This document shows, piece by piece, positions 29,301-37,835 of a DNA stretch of 64,000 nt (its first letter is position 1; each line of letters begins with the position of its first letter). The stretch is taken from the sequence record AJ697969.1; one strand, 5' to 3'. Made by a program: the position numbers and the translations under genes. A model generated the notes under the pieces. That model was not told the origin of the DNA. It worked only from the letters and a program-made list of their open reading frames with translations, and searched no databases. This stretch comes from Pseudomonas phage EL.

Positions 29301-29970
29301 CGGGCGTATTTCGTCGTTGTACAACGTCCGAGGCGAAGCCTTGGGGTTCAACAAAGCAGTCCTGACCTTCAGCCTTAATAAGACCACTCAGAAATTCTCC
29401 AGTGTTACACCCTTTAACAACGGGGAAGGGATGTCCGCGGCGTGGTGTGTGCAGAACCACGCCATTCCTAACGCCGGGTTAATTACCCAACAGCAAGGCT
29501 ACGTCTTTGAGGACACTGGCGGTGCAGGGTATGTAGGGAAGATCGGAACGAACACGTATTTGATTGGTTCCTGTTACCCGGAAGTGGGTTGGACGATTTT
29601 CTTCCAAGAAGAAGTCGAGATGATGATCAACGGTACCGTGTACAAAATGCCCGGTGGGTCTATCGACTTGAGGAATGTGTCCTCGAATCCTCGTAACAAA
29701 ACGTTCTACATCTATGCGACGGTTGAAGAGTCGGAAGGACGGTATATTGTCTCCGATGTTAAACTGCGGCGTTCCAGTGAGTTGCTGCATGTCGCAACCG
29801 CCGTGACGAACACCAACCAGATTGCCAGTATTACCCGGCAGAAAGTCTTTACCATCGGTGAGTTCCTATTAAGTTACACACGGACGGGAGGGATTATTCC
29901 GGTGAGTTCTGGTTTACCGCAGGATGAAGGTACGTTTAGCTTCTTGAAAGCCTCGGAACTTTTACCTTAA
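26389..29970 (+). CDS. Giant tail fiber/spike-like protein, paralog 2 (1193 aa)
   Basis: Same N- and C-terminal modules as paralog 1. Central region is divergent. Confidence 0.8.
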   Translation: MDPFKIVQFDIRGTRPENKITGEKMLIKDKTCPWLIPNGSPFFAEPGLFTLYDERGAEMTLNRDYWLEEAFIPFCEISGRNVCCFIRLSESIRQNNAFVTGDYQTIGAWFVPRNNLDEWLEKMREGKIPIEWEKVFGVPPTLPPEYHLHKADTEIGDWYELTFFLDTMANIYRSRDPELEDQSEVVINEAFTKLRNFRDAQMRRLVEHDKNYNAPHLQTKTNLNLGNLDNFATATPEQDKAGTADNLFSTTLGVKELVRGYTPDTSASMRSGIIAISRFGGTDYIPPGISGSFEGLGGVTPDCAAVLELNDNLVFIRAHYDGRTEGLYYTVVRNHLSLNPDVSFTGYKYQPPSLTAIGFVPNRVFTGSGRTIIMVTRDGTNQVYAALTNGTLDPSAHVFVKCNIDLAIQDLGTSVRLTEWSQIHTLGNWVYLFVTAMTEGQWGGWGHSRTRAYRAPLSAIKNGQPLTFSRVKVSLTNVPGALQSNVDYIEFTPAPPDGEFSTYGPITFAPYKAKKGVKGSQRRPLMFFSESSDIGPQYCSMHYFGMMFFTGNINGVDRVTGVYIDCSYDFNPETATFVVVKQPPVQTVDLSKIISKNSTASVHYAGISDVFFNISDHSSHLLLENKVIVGMSRLGLRVSFPGLFSRLQFNKNPNVTASGMLRDYMHADNANFSGMGVWETPSYPIKNGGRISAVGYELAGEYFWADSAVDHNRSFFYRKVSGEYAVRPGITNSNYPTLLARPISAEVYENRLDRNTSLISVTGSAAFLTAEGIEMGNSCFSVMGMNHFDDLASGVESDTTCPREFTFKAPKGNGIVLSCPRTFSRVMDTGDQTFTLKGESHWGVKRNVMDKLIQLIPATLREKWAVELMVINPISGKGFSRMNYALALVHTRDIEGGRYVVKSKLLACAPVIGNPVSGVYPIDDLTILDQTAFITTVNNSGAGDEWSDTEADVVACPQVSLYVDEATNTLSGRISSLYNVRGEALGFNKAVLTFSLNKTTQKFSSVTPFNNGEGMSAAWCVQNHAIPNAGLITQQQGYVFEDTGGAGYVGKIGTNTYLIGSCYPEVGWTIFFQEEVEMMINGTVYKMPGGSIDLRNVSSNPRNKTFYIYATVEESEGRYIVSDVKLRRSSELLHVATAVTNTNQIASITRQKVFTIGEFLLSYTRTGGIIPVSSGLPQDEGTFSFLKASELLP

Positions 29971-29975
29971 GGTAA

Positions 29976-30007
29976 AGGGGGAGTAAACCTCCCCCTGATC
30001 TTTTAAA
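29976..30007 (+). terminator. Terminator (agggggag/ctccccct) + cttttaaa
   Basis: 8-bp stem followed by a T-run. Confidence 0.6.
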
Positions 30008-30019
30008 TGGAGTAGCTTT

Positions 30020-32890
30020 ATGATTATCCTTGGCGGGGAACCCCCTTTCATCGAAAACCCTGAACCCAGGTTCGGTGGAGTGATCTCCAAGCTCAATGAG
30101 ATGACCTACAAACTGGAAGCGTGTGTTCACAGCTACAATGAGGGGACTAAAGAAAAGATCCGGTTGTTCAACGCAAACCTGAATGATTTCATTAACCAAG
30201 CCATTGTCCCCATTGACGCCCACATCAATTCCCGGGGGGCAGTCCACGGTGAAACCAAACGGACGATTGGGTTGGGCCTTAAGGACAACTACCGGACGGC
30301 TACCCTGGCGGAACAACAGTCGCTAACGCCTGTGTTGGCGTATGTGACCCCTCACGGTGCTCGCGCTGCGGTTGTAGCCAACAACGTCGGTTATAACGGC
30401 GCGGATTATCAACCCAATGACGTGTTTCAATTCTCGTCGTTCTACAACCCGGATGAATACCCGGTAGTTCCTCCAACGGTGGTTCAACCCATTCGTTATT
30501 TTGGGTACTCCTTGAATGTCGGGATGATGATCAACAACGACCGTCTGGTGTTGTCTCCGGTTACCGATCCGTCTCGTTACCAACGGTACACCGCCTTCTT
30601 GTCTGGTTCTCTGGCGAACGCAGGGGGAACACAGTTCTCGGAGATTCAGAACCTCAACGCGTATTACACCGGACGGAATTGGAATGCGGTAGGAGGGTTT
30701 ACCAGTTCGGGCAAAGTGGCCTTCTTTAAACCCCTGGCTGAGAAGAAGATCTACGAGTTCAAGAACACCCTCCCATTAACCCCCAGTAGTGCTAACTTCC
30801 TGCTGTATCAAGGGTATAGCACGGCGGTCTATAAAGGACTGGGGGTTAGTTGGGAACGAGTCGGTACGGTTCTGACCCTAAAGCACTATTTCTTCAACGT
30901 GAACTTCCTGGAAACCGATCCCACTTTGGTGGAGCAGGTGACTGCGTCGTACACCGCCCGGTTTACTCAGATCAATAAAACACCGTATACCGGACCGGCT
31001 AACGGGAGTCATTCGTACGACATTAATGACTTTGTGACCCTGAGTGCAGGTCAGACCCTGGAGATGAATGGAGGACTGCAACCCACCACAGCCCTCTTCT
31101 GGAACATTCAAGACCGGGAAATCTACCTCTTTGTCGTTATTCCGGTGAATGTGGTCCAAGGGGGTATTCGTCGGCCGTATAACCTCTCCTTCGTGGAATC
31201 CATTGTCCCGGGTACCTTGGAGAATGGAGGAACGGCAACCTTTACCCAACTGGGTAATTTGGTCAAGGACATTATTCAACCGAATATGCTACCCACTGCT
31301 GACGCTAAATGGTTGCGGTACGCGAACACCTGGGATTTCAATAATCCGACCTGGTATCCTGGGATCGTTCTGAAGTCAGGGGAAGTGGTTAAAGCGGTCG
31401 CCACGAAGAACGGTCTACGGGTTAAGCGATTTACCACACCCCATAAAGGCTTGAGGGAATGGGTGTTGGGAGAACGGGCTGAAGTGGGGATGAATGAAGT
31501 TCGTACAGAGTTTTATCCTCCGTCACGCCATAGTCCTTTTGGGCCGGTTCCTGATCGCTTATTCCCCATTGAACACACCGCTGGTACCACGCGGTATCTG
31601 GCTTATTCCGTTGACAGTGAAACTGGGTTGTATGAGTGGAGTGAGTTGACCTGGTCGAATACCTCCATTGTGGGTGTAACCACGGGGAATAAGTTCGGTA
31701 TTGTTCCAGCGGATGTTGGGATTATTAATAGGGAGTTGACCCGTATCCCTAGGGCCATGGCGTCGTTTGCTAGCCTGCTGGTGGATGGAGTCAGTATCAA
31801 CGCCCTGTGTTTCACACCGGATAACCAGTATACCGGGTATGCTTCAATCGCCATGGCGAATGGACGAGTCCAGTTGGGCGCTGAGGTCAAACTCTCCCCA
31901 ACCAGCTTGATTACCCTGCAAGCCGCCAGTGGGGGTATTCTGGCTCGTGCAGCCATTGCGAACCCTCAAGTCAACAACGCCCTCAGGGAAAGTGTGATCA
32001 ACGTCTTTGCTGTCGCAGATAACTTCGCGTTGGTGGTGATTACCGATGGGATGTGTTACGCAGAGGCTGCTGTGGTTCCGTATACGGTGAGTGGTGGGGT
32101 CTTTAGGCTGAACTTCCCCTCCGCTACGGGCTTCGTTACTAAACCGGTTACCCCAGCCGGTATGGTCGTACCGGGCACGTACCGCTATTCCCATTCCGGT
32201 GATAACCCGTGGATGACCTACGTGGATGTCCAAGTGATTGAAACCCAACGGTATGAATGGGCGGTTGTGGTCAGTCGACCCTTTGGGGACCTCTACGGGG
32301 ATATCAGTTTCAAAATCACGGATTACCCGTTTACACCCACCTACACCGTAGGACGGGTCAATCCAGCGAAACTGTATACGGCGTCATCACCCTTTGATAC
32401 GGTGAACGAAGTTCACCCGCCTGTCTTGATCCCTCGGAAGGGAATCTACCAGTACGACCCTGCTAACACCGGCTACTCCACGAATCTGTTGGAGGTCGGC
32501 GGAGCGGGGGTGGTGGATCCGTACGACGTAAATGAAAGCGGCTGGGTGAGTATTCCTGCTCGATCCAGGGTGGTTATAAGGGGACGTGCGTATATCCTGG
32601 ATAAGGAATACCCCATTAAGGTCAACCCTACCGGAACGACGTACTGTTATTTGGTACGCCAAGGGGATGCGTTGGTAGGGTTGGGGTCTCCCGTACGCCG
32701 AGAGGTCAATAACTCGGAAGTCCTCTTTGGGATTGCAACGAACGGGATTCTTACCATCGATCATTCGTACATCGTGATGGGTGGTCATGTGGTGAGTTCT
32801 ACCCGTCGGGGTACGGCTATTCCCACCTTTGTGGATGACGGGAACTTGGGGGTTAACACCTTCTTTACCCGACGTGACATCATTGATTAA
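30020..32890 (+). CDS. Large fiber-like protein (956 aa) sharing only the C-terminal module
   Basis: C-terminal block ESGW...YCYLV...FGIATNG...STRRGTAIP aligns to the paralog 1/2 C-termini. N-terminus is different. Confidence 0.75.
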   Translation: MIILGGEPPFIENPEPRFGGVISKLNEMTYKLEACVHSYNEGTKEKIRLFNANLNDFINQAIVPIDAHINSRGAVHGETKRTIGLGLKDNYRTATLAEQQSLTPVLAYVTPHGARAAVVANNVGYNGADYQPNDVFQFSSFYNPDEYPVVPPTVVQPIRYFGYSLNVGMMINNDRLVLSPVTDPSRYQRYTAFLSGSLANAGGTQFSEIQNLNAYYTGRNWNAVGGFTSSGKVAFFKPLAEKKIYEFKNTLPLTPSSANFLLYQGYSTAVYKGLGVSWERVGTVLTLKHYFFNVNFLETDPTLVEQVTASYTARFTQINKTPYTGPANGSHSYDINDFVTLSAGQTLEMNGGLQPTTALFWNIQDREIYLFVVIPVNVVQGGIRRPYNLSFVESIVPGTLENGGTATFTQLGNLVKDIIQPNMLPTADAKWLRYANTWDFNNPTWYPGIVLKSGEVVKAVATKNGLRVKRFTTPHKGLREWVLGERAEVGMNEVRTEFYPPSRHSPFGPVPDRLFPIEHTAGTTRYLAYSVDSETGLYEWSELTWSNTSIVGVTTGNKFGIVPADVGIINRELTRIPRAMASFASLLVDGVSINALCFTPDNQYTGYASIAMANGRVQLGAEVKLSPTSLITLQAASGGILARAAIANPQVNNALRESVINVFAVADNFALVVITDGMCYAEAAVVPYTVSGGVFRLNFPSATGFVTKPVTPAGMVVPGTYRYSHSGDNPWMTYVDVQVIETQRYEWAVVVSRPFGDLYGDISFKITDYPFTPTYTVGRVNPAKLYTASSPFDTVNEVHPPVLIPRKGIYQYDPANTGYSTNLLEVGGAGVVDPYDVNESGWVSIPARSRVVIRGRAYILDKEYPIKVNPTGTTYCYLVRQGDALVGLGSPVRREVNNSEVLFGIATNGILTIDHSYIVMGGHVVSSTRRGTAIPTFVDDGNLGVNTFFTRRDIID

Positions 32891-32903
32891 CCCTTAATGA
32901 ATC

Positions 32904-32933
32904 CCCCTACCTCCCCGTTAAGGGAGGTAGGGG
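32904..32933. other. GC-rich hairpin (cccctacctccc/gggaggtagggg) without a clear U-tract
   Basis: 12-bp perfect stem between convergent genes. Arm sequence is related to the 7557 terminator. Confidence 0.4.
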
Positions 32934-32945
32934 AGGTCCAGTGGA

Positions 32946-33953
32946 TTAAGCCACGGGTGGCGAGGTGGTTCCATTGCCCGGGTCTACACCTCCGTGAATA
33001 TGGAGGTTCAGAGACACTCTCACGGTTCTCACATCGGTTTGTCCAATAACAAGACCTGTACTCACACTGTTACCGGTACGGGTGGTATTCCCGTTTTGGG
33101 TATAATTACCCTCTTGAGTATAGTTCCCTTCTTGTTCGGTATTGCCCGTATGGGTAATGTTCCCTTCCCAGTTCGTCTGACCAATGGCGATGTTCGCCAA
33201 ATTGGCTTTCATGTTAATGGTGTCGGACTGAAGGTTAAAGGTCTTCGTTAAGACATTGATTTCCTTCTCCGCATGAAAGCTAATACTGTCTTTGGTGTAA
33301 AAGGCCATCTTCTCCTTATTGACAGCAATGGTGGACCCTTCCTTGTTGGTATAGGTGAACTGATGTTTGTAATCATCGAAACTGAAGATACTCCCATCAG
33401 TTCCTCGAATATCGATGCGGCCTTCTTTGGCATTGACTTGGATATCAAAGCCCGACCGTTCCCCATTGGACTGAGAGGTCCGTAGTCCCACTAACCCGTC
33501 GTGGGTACTGACCCTGGCTGTATAGAAGTTATCCGGGTTAAAGGCCACGTCCTGAGCCAATCCAGGGTTAGCCCCCCAGCCCCACAAAACCGTCTCTAAG
33601 CGGAAACGATCCGTATTGTCCCCAAAGATGTCCCAGTAATACTGGTTCTGACCTGTGATTTGAAACACCCACACCTTAGCCCCTTCCCGGACATCCGGTG
33701 AGGTAAGTCGGTTCCCATTCCCAATGGATCGCCAGACCGCTGGTACGGTGTTTGACACCAGGGTTTTACTGGTAATCATCTCCCCTTCTTTATTCTGGCT
33801 GGTTTCTTCCTTCTGTTCTGTTTTAGCCAGGGTTCTCCCATCGGCGGTAGGAGAATGCAATGGAAGGTGGATCATTGCTTCGTGGGTATTGGTGTCCTTC
33901 GTGGCGGCAACCGTCCCTACACCCAACCATTTAACCACGTTCACTAAACTCAT
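32946..33953 (-). CDS. Putative spike/baseplate-like protein with C-terminal GN(Y/T)TQ(E/N) short repeats
   Basis: 335-aa ORF. Repeats HTGNTEQEGNYTQEGNYTQNGNTTRTGN. Confidence 0.55.
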   Translation of the reverse strand: MSLVNVVKWLGVGTVAATKDTNTHEAMIHLPLHSPTADGRTLAKTEQKEETSQNKEGEMITSKTLVSNTVPAVWRSIGNGNRLTSPDVREGAKVWVFQITGQNQYYWDIFGDNTDRFRLETVLWGWGANPGLAQDVAFNPDNFYTARVSTHDGLVGLRTSQSNGERSGFDIQVNAKEGRIDIRGTDGSIFSFDDYKHQFTYTNKEGSTIAVNKEKMAFYTKDSISFHAEKEINVLTKTFNLQSDTINMKANLANIAIGQTNWEGNITHTGNTEQEGNYTQEGNYTQNGNTTRTGNSVSTGLVIGQTDVRTVRVSLNLHIHGGVDPGNGTTSPPVA

Positions 33954-34003
33954 ACTCGCGTCCTCATTATCTAGAGACTCACTTCACTTAAAGAATTCAT
34001 ACC

Positions 34004-36472
34004 ATGTTTATATTAACTAAATTGATCCTAGAGAATTACATTCCTCTGTTAAGCAGCGGAATCAAACGGGTAGAATTGGATCTGAATCATTTGGTTAACC
34101 TGTTGATCGCTCAGAACGGTGTCGGGAAAACCAGTATCCTCCGAGAAGCCAATCCCCTGGCTCCTGAAAATGCCAACTACCGCGGTATTGGACGTAAGTA
34201 CGTGGAGATTAAACGGGGATTGGACCATTTCGTTTTGGATTCTAAAACAGACTTAGGCAATGGTCACAGTTTCAAGTTTAACGGGAAAGAGTTAAACAAG
34301 AATGGAACCTTTACGGAACAGAAGGACTTGGTATGGATCCATTTCCGGTTAGACAGTACTATCAGCCGTATTCTGTCCGGGCTTAAACCCAACAGTCTGT
34401 TTTCAGCGATGCCAGTGGCTCAACGTAAAGACTTCTTTATGTTCATCTACCCGAATGACACGAGTTACGCCTTAGGGGTCTTTAACAAGCTTAAGACAGA
34501 ACGTCGTGAACTGGCGGCTGCAATTAAGAACCAAGTCATGCGGTATACGGAAGAGAGTGCTAAACTCAAGCAGATCACCGAATGTGGTCCGGAAGAGCTG
34601 GAACGTCGAGTTAAGACGATTGAGACTGAACTGAGGGAGTCCTTGTTGGTACGAGGGGGTTTGGAGCAGGTGAAAGTAGACCCTGAGCTCCAAAGTAAGA
34701 TTGATACCTTCAAACGTCTGGCTGAGCAGATGACATTGAACCGAGTCAGCGGGTTCTTTGAGACTGAGGCTGAACTCAGACAGGGAATCGAAACAGTTCA
34801 AGCTATCTTGAGTGTTCACGAAGGCCAAGCCACTGCCATTCAAATGGTTATCAGTGAGCACGTAGGGGTTTTGGAAGGAATGGAGGAGATCAAAGAAGAT
34901 CCCTTTGTCTTCCATCATCAAGCGGAACAACTCAAGGTGGAACTCACTGCTCTCCGGGAAGAATACAAACAACATGGGGTGCTATTGGGTAATTACCCTT
35001 TGTTCAACGATGACGCCTATGACTTTACCGGTTTGGAATTGGTGTACGAGGCCTTGGTGGCTCAATTGCGTCGGGTGGTGAATGCCAGTACTCCTGAGTT
35101 AACCGGAGGGCGGTATAAAGAGTATACCGTCAAACTGGAGCAAACCCGTAATCAACTGAGGGCCTCTAAGAATGAGCTGGACACTCTCACCCACCAGTTG
35201 AAACATTATGATGCCATGGAGCTGGTGACTTGTCCGGAATGTACCCATGAATTCAAGGTCGGGATTACCGCGAATGAACTGCGTGCAGCACGGGTTAAAG
35301 CGGAAGCCCTTAAGTTGAGTGTGACTAAACTGGAGCAGGATGTTGAAACCCTGGAAAGATTAGTCGAACAGGACAGTGAGTGGTACCACAGCATGTTAGC
35401 CCTACATCAGTTCTGCCGGATGAATGGTGATGTTAAGTGCCTTCCTGAACTGATTAAAGCATACGACATGGGTAAGTCGGATACCAACATCCTTTTAAAC
35501 GCCCTCAGGGCCTTCATGGGGCGTTTTAACTGTAAGAGACGTATCGATGCCCTACTGGAAGAAGAAAAGCTCTTAAACACGCGTATAGGGCTGTTACAGA
35601 AGGATTCGGTATTAGACATCGCTACCTACTTAAAGAGTCTGGAACACGACCTGGAAGTGGAGAACAGTCGTATTGGTTTCTACCGTCGGCGTGTTGAACA
35701 GCTTATAAGGAACCTAAAGACCATCCACACCTACACCCGAGACCTGGAGACCCTCCGCTGTCTTAAAGACGAGATCTTCAAAGGGTTGGAACAGCAAGGG
35801 TTGGTGGAACTGCGTAAACGGGTTGATGAACGGATTCATTTGCTAACGGATGAGAAGGATGAATACCTCGCCTCCATTATCAAAAGCCGTTCGTTGAGTG
35901 CGGTTGTCGCGTCTATTTCGGAAGACATTGATCGTTTAAAACGCCGTCTGAAGATTGTGGATGGGTTAATGAACGGTCTGTGTCCGAATAAGGGGTTGAT
36001 CGGTAAGCTGATGACGGATTTCATCAAGACCTATTGTGCCAATATGAATGCGGTGATTCAATCAGTGTGGAACACCACCCTGTTTGTTAAACCCTGCCAT
36101 AAGGACAACGGGGATTTGAACTGGAAGTTCCCGGTGGTTACCGGTGATGATGAGCCCACGCCAGATGTCAGTGATTGCAGTTTGGGTGAAGCAGGTATCA
36201 TTGACTTTGCGTTCCGTTATGTGGCCATTCGTTACCACGGTAACTTCCCTCTGATGCTGGATGAGGTGGGTACCACCTTCGATGAAATCAAACGCGGTCG
36301 TTTCTTCAATTTCATTCACGAGTTAACCACCCAGAAGGACGCTAAACAACTCTTCATGATTAGCCATTACATTACTCAATACGGAATGTTCACCAACCCG
36401 AATGTAATTGCGATGTGTTATGAAGGGTTGAGTTTACCGGGTGAAGTCAATCAACACAGTGTTATCAATTAA
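34004..36472 (+). CDS. Rad50/SbcC-like SMC ATPase with zinc hook
   Basis: N-terminal L.LENY + Walker A AQNGVGKTS. Long coiled coil with central CPEC hook. C-terminal Walker B/D-loop LMLDEVGTTFDE and H-loop ISHY. Confidence 0.75.
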   Translation: MFILTKLILENYIPLLSSGIKRVELDLNHLVNLLIAQNGVGKTSILREANPLAPENANYRGIGRKYVEIKRGLDHFVLDSKTDLGNGHSFKFNGKELNKNGTFTEQKDLVWIHFRLDSTISRILSGLKPNSLFSAMPVAQRKDFFMFIYPNDTSYALGVFNKLKTERRELAAAIKNQVMRYTEESAKLKQITECGPEELERRVKTIETELRESLLVRGGLEQVKVDPELQSKIDTFKRLAEQMTLNRVSGFFETEAELRQGIETVQAILSVHEGQATAIQMVISEHVGVLEGMEEIKEDPFVFHHQAEQLKVELTALREEYKQHGVLLGNYPLFNDDAYDFTGLELVYEALVAQLRRVVNASTPELTGGRYKEYTVKLEQTRNQLRASKNELDTLTHQLKHYDAMELVTCPECTHEFKVGITANELRAARVKAEALKLSVTKLEQDVETLERLVEQDSEWYHSMLALHQFCRMNGDVKCLPELIKAYDMGKSDTNILLNALRAFMGRFNCKRRIDALLEEEKLLNTRIGLLQKDSVLDIATYLKSLEHDLEVENSRIGFYRRRVEQLIRNLKTIHTYTRDLETLRCLKDEIFKGLEQQGLVELRKRVDERIHLLTDEKDEYLASIIKSRSLSAVVASISEDIDRLKRRLKIVDGLMNGLCPNKGLIGKLMTDFIKTYCANMNAVIQSVWNTTLFVKPCHKDNGDLNWKFPVVTGDDEPTPDVSDCSLGEAGIIDFAFRYVAIRYHGNFPLMLDEVGTTFDEIKRGRFFNFIHELTTQKDAKQLFMISHYITQYGMFTNPNVIAMCYEGLSLPGEVNQHSVIN

Positions 36473-36476
36473 TTTT

Positions 36477-36493
36477 AAACCTACATTATTCAT
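36477..36493 (+). promoter_or_regulatory. Promoter-like motif AAACCTACATTATTCAT (perfect)
   Basis: Identical 17-mer also at 46918. Lies 18 nt upstream of ATG 36512. Confidence 0.55.
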
Positions 36494-36511
36494 TTGCAAG
36501 GAATACCTCTA

Positions 36512-36805
36512 ATGAACGTTCAACTCCCACGATCGGTTACCCTGGATGCCTATCTTCAACCGGACGGTACACTTATGCTGGGGCCGGGTCAGGCTAAAGT
36601 AACCATTAACTACCATTCGGATCCTCAAGAATCCATTAATGCGTGCATTGTCTTTGGAGGGGCAATGCAAGCGATTGTGACTTTTGATGAAACCGGTCAG
36701 ACCCCTGTGAGTTATACGCTGTTGAATCCAGGGGGTGATTACACCGTTGAGCAGTCGGTTCTTAACATCTTGTCCTATTTCGGAGTCAGTGCTCCGATGA
36801 ACTAG
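36512..36805 (+). CDS. Hypothetical protein (98 aa)
   Basis: ATG start downstream of the motif (the track uses an earlier TTG). Confidence 0.45.
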   Translation: MNVQLPRSVTLDAYLQPDGTLMLGPGQAKVTINYHSDPQESINACIVFGGAMQAIVTFDETGQTPVSYTLLNPGGDYTVEQSVLNILSYFGVSAPMN

Positions 36806-36817
36806 GAGTCATGAGTC

Positions 36818-37258
36818 ATGAACAAAGCTGAAGTGATAGAACGGTACCGCGAACTGGTCGAAGACCTCACCCTCCCGCCGCATCAGGTGATCCTGTCGGC
36901 GGGTGCCGCCTTGGTGGTAATGGGCATCCGAGAGGAAACAAGTGACCTCGATGTGGATGTCCCTACCAGCGTGTTCAACTGGGCGAGTAATAAGTTCGGG
37001 GTTATCGAGAACGAAACCGTGAATAAACGGGTTCAATACACCCCCCTGGTCGATCTCCATGAATACGACGAGAACACGGGAGTGGTGTGTATTGAGGGGG
37101 TGTGGTTGTACAGCCCTACGGAGTTACTGAAACAGAAACACTGGCTCACGAAGCTGGCTGATCGAACGGACGTTAAGACCCAACAGGATCACCGTGATAT
37201 CCGCCAACTGGAAATTCTCACTCAGTCTCAACCATTCACTGCACGCGCATTGTTGTAA
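36818..37258 (+). CDS. Minimal nucleotidyltransferase (MNT)-fold protein, paralog 1
   Basis: hG[GS]x(9-13)DhD-like motif SAGAALVVMGIREETSDLDVDV. Paralogous to the next gene. Confidence 0.5.
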   Translation: MNKAEVIERYRELVEDLTLPPHQVILSAGAALVVMGIREETSDLDVDVPTSVFNWASNKFGVIENETVNKRVQYTPLVDLHEYDENTGVVCIEGVWLYSPTELLKQKHWLTKLADRTDVKTQQDHRDIRQLEILTQSQPFTARALL

Positions 37259-37272
37259 GGTTAGGTTACGGT

Positions 37273-37767
37273 ATGTTTTACAGTCAATTGGAAGTGGTAG
37301 AAGCCGTTCAACGGTTCTCTGAGGCTCATAACACCCCATTGGATAAGATCGCTATTGGCGGAGGTGGGGCTATCATGCTCATGGGGGGTCGTGAAACCAC
37401 CTATGATTTGAACATTTGGGTGGAGAGTCCGTTCTTTGAACGCATTGCTGAAACCCAGAACGCTCTCCTCAGTCCTATGAGAGACAATGTGTTCCACATT
37501 GAAACGGTTATTGATTCCATGGATCAAACCGATCACGTCACCACACGTCGCCATTACTGGGTGCGTAAACGTAACCTCTATTTCCCCACTGTTCCTGTTA
37601 AGCTGGATCAATGTCCTGAAGTCTACATCTTCGATGCGATGTCACTGTTGATTCAGAAACGAGGGAGCTACAGTCGCCCTGAACGAGGACTCCGTCGTAA
37701 ACAGGATTACAGCGACATCTGTTTCTTGAATGCGTTGCTAAAGGAAGAACACAAAGTCAGGGCTTAA
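37273..37767 (+). CDS. Minimal nucleotidyltransferase (MNT)-fold protein, paralog 2
   Basis: IGGGGAIMLMGGRETTYDLNIWV aligns with paralog 1. Confidence 0.5.
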   Translation: MFYSQLEVVEAVQRFSEAHNTPLDKIAIGGGGAIMLMGGRETTYDLNIWVESPFFERIAETQNALLSPMRDNVFHIETVIDSMDQTDHVTTRRHYWVRKRNLYFPTVPVKLDQCPEVYIFDAMSLLIQKRGSYSRPERGLRRKQDYSDICFLNALLKEEHKVRA

Positions 37768-37777
37768 CCTTAGGACA

Positions 37778-37820
37778 GTACCAGGGGATCACTCCCCTGG
37801 TACGTCTTCCTCCTTATACG
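37778..37820 (+). terminator. Putative terminator hairpin (gtaccagggga/tcccctggtac)
   Basis: 11-bp stem. Weak T tail. Confidence 0.4.
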
Positions 37821-37835
37821 GTTTAGGAGATTACA

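Noticed and set aside
22025-32890. Diversity-generating retroelement targeting the fiber C-termini
   Set aside because: No reverse-transcriptase (YxDD) ORF is present. The C-terminal similarity between fiber genes is at protein-paralog level, not a near-identical TR/VR DNA pair.
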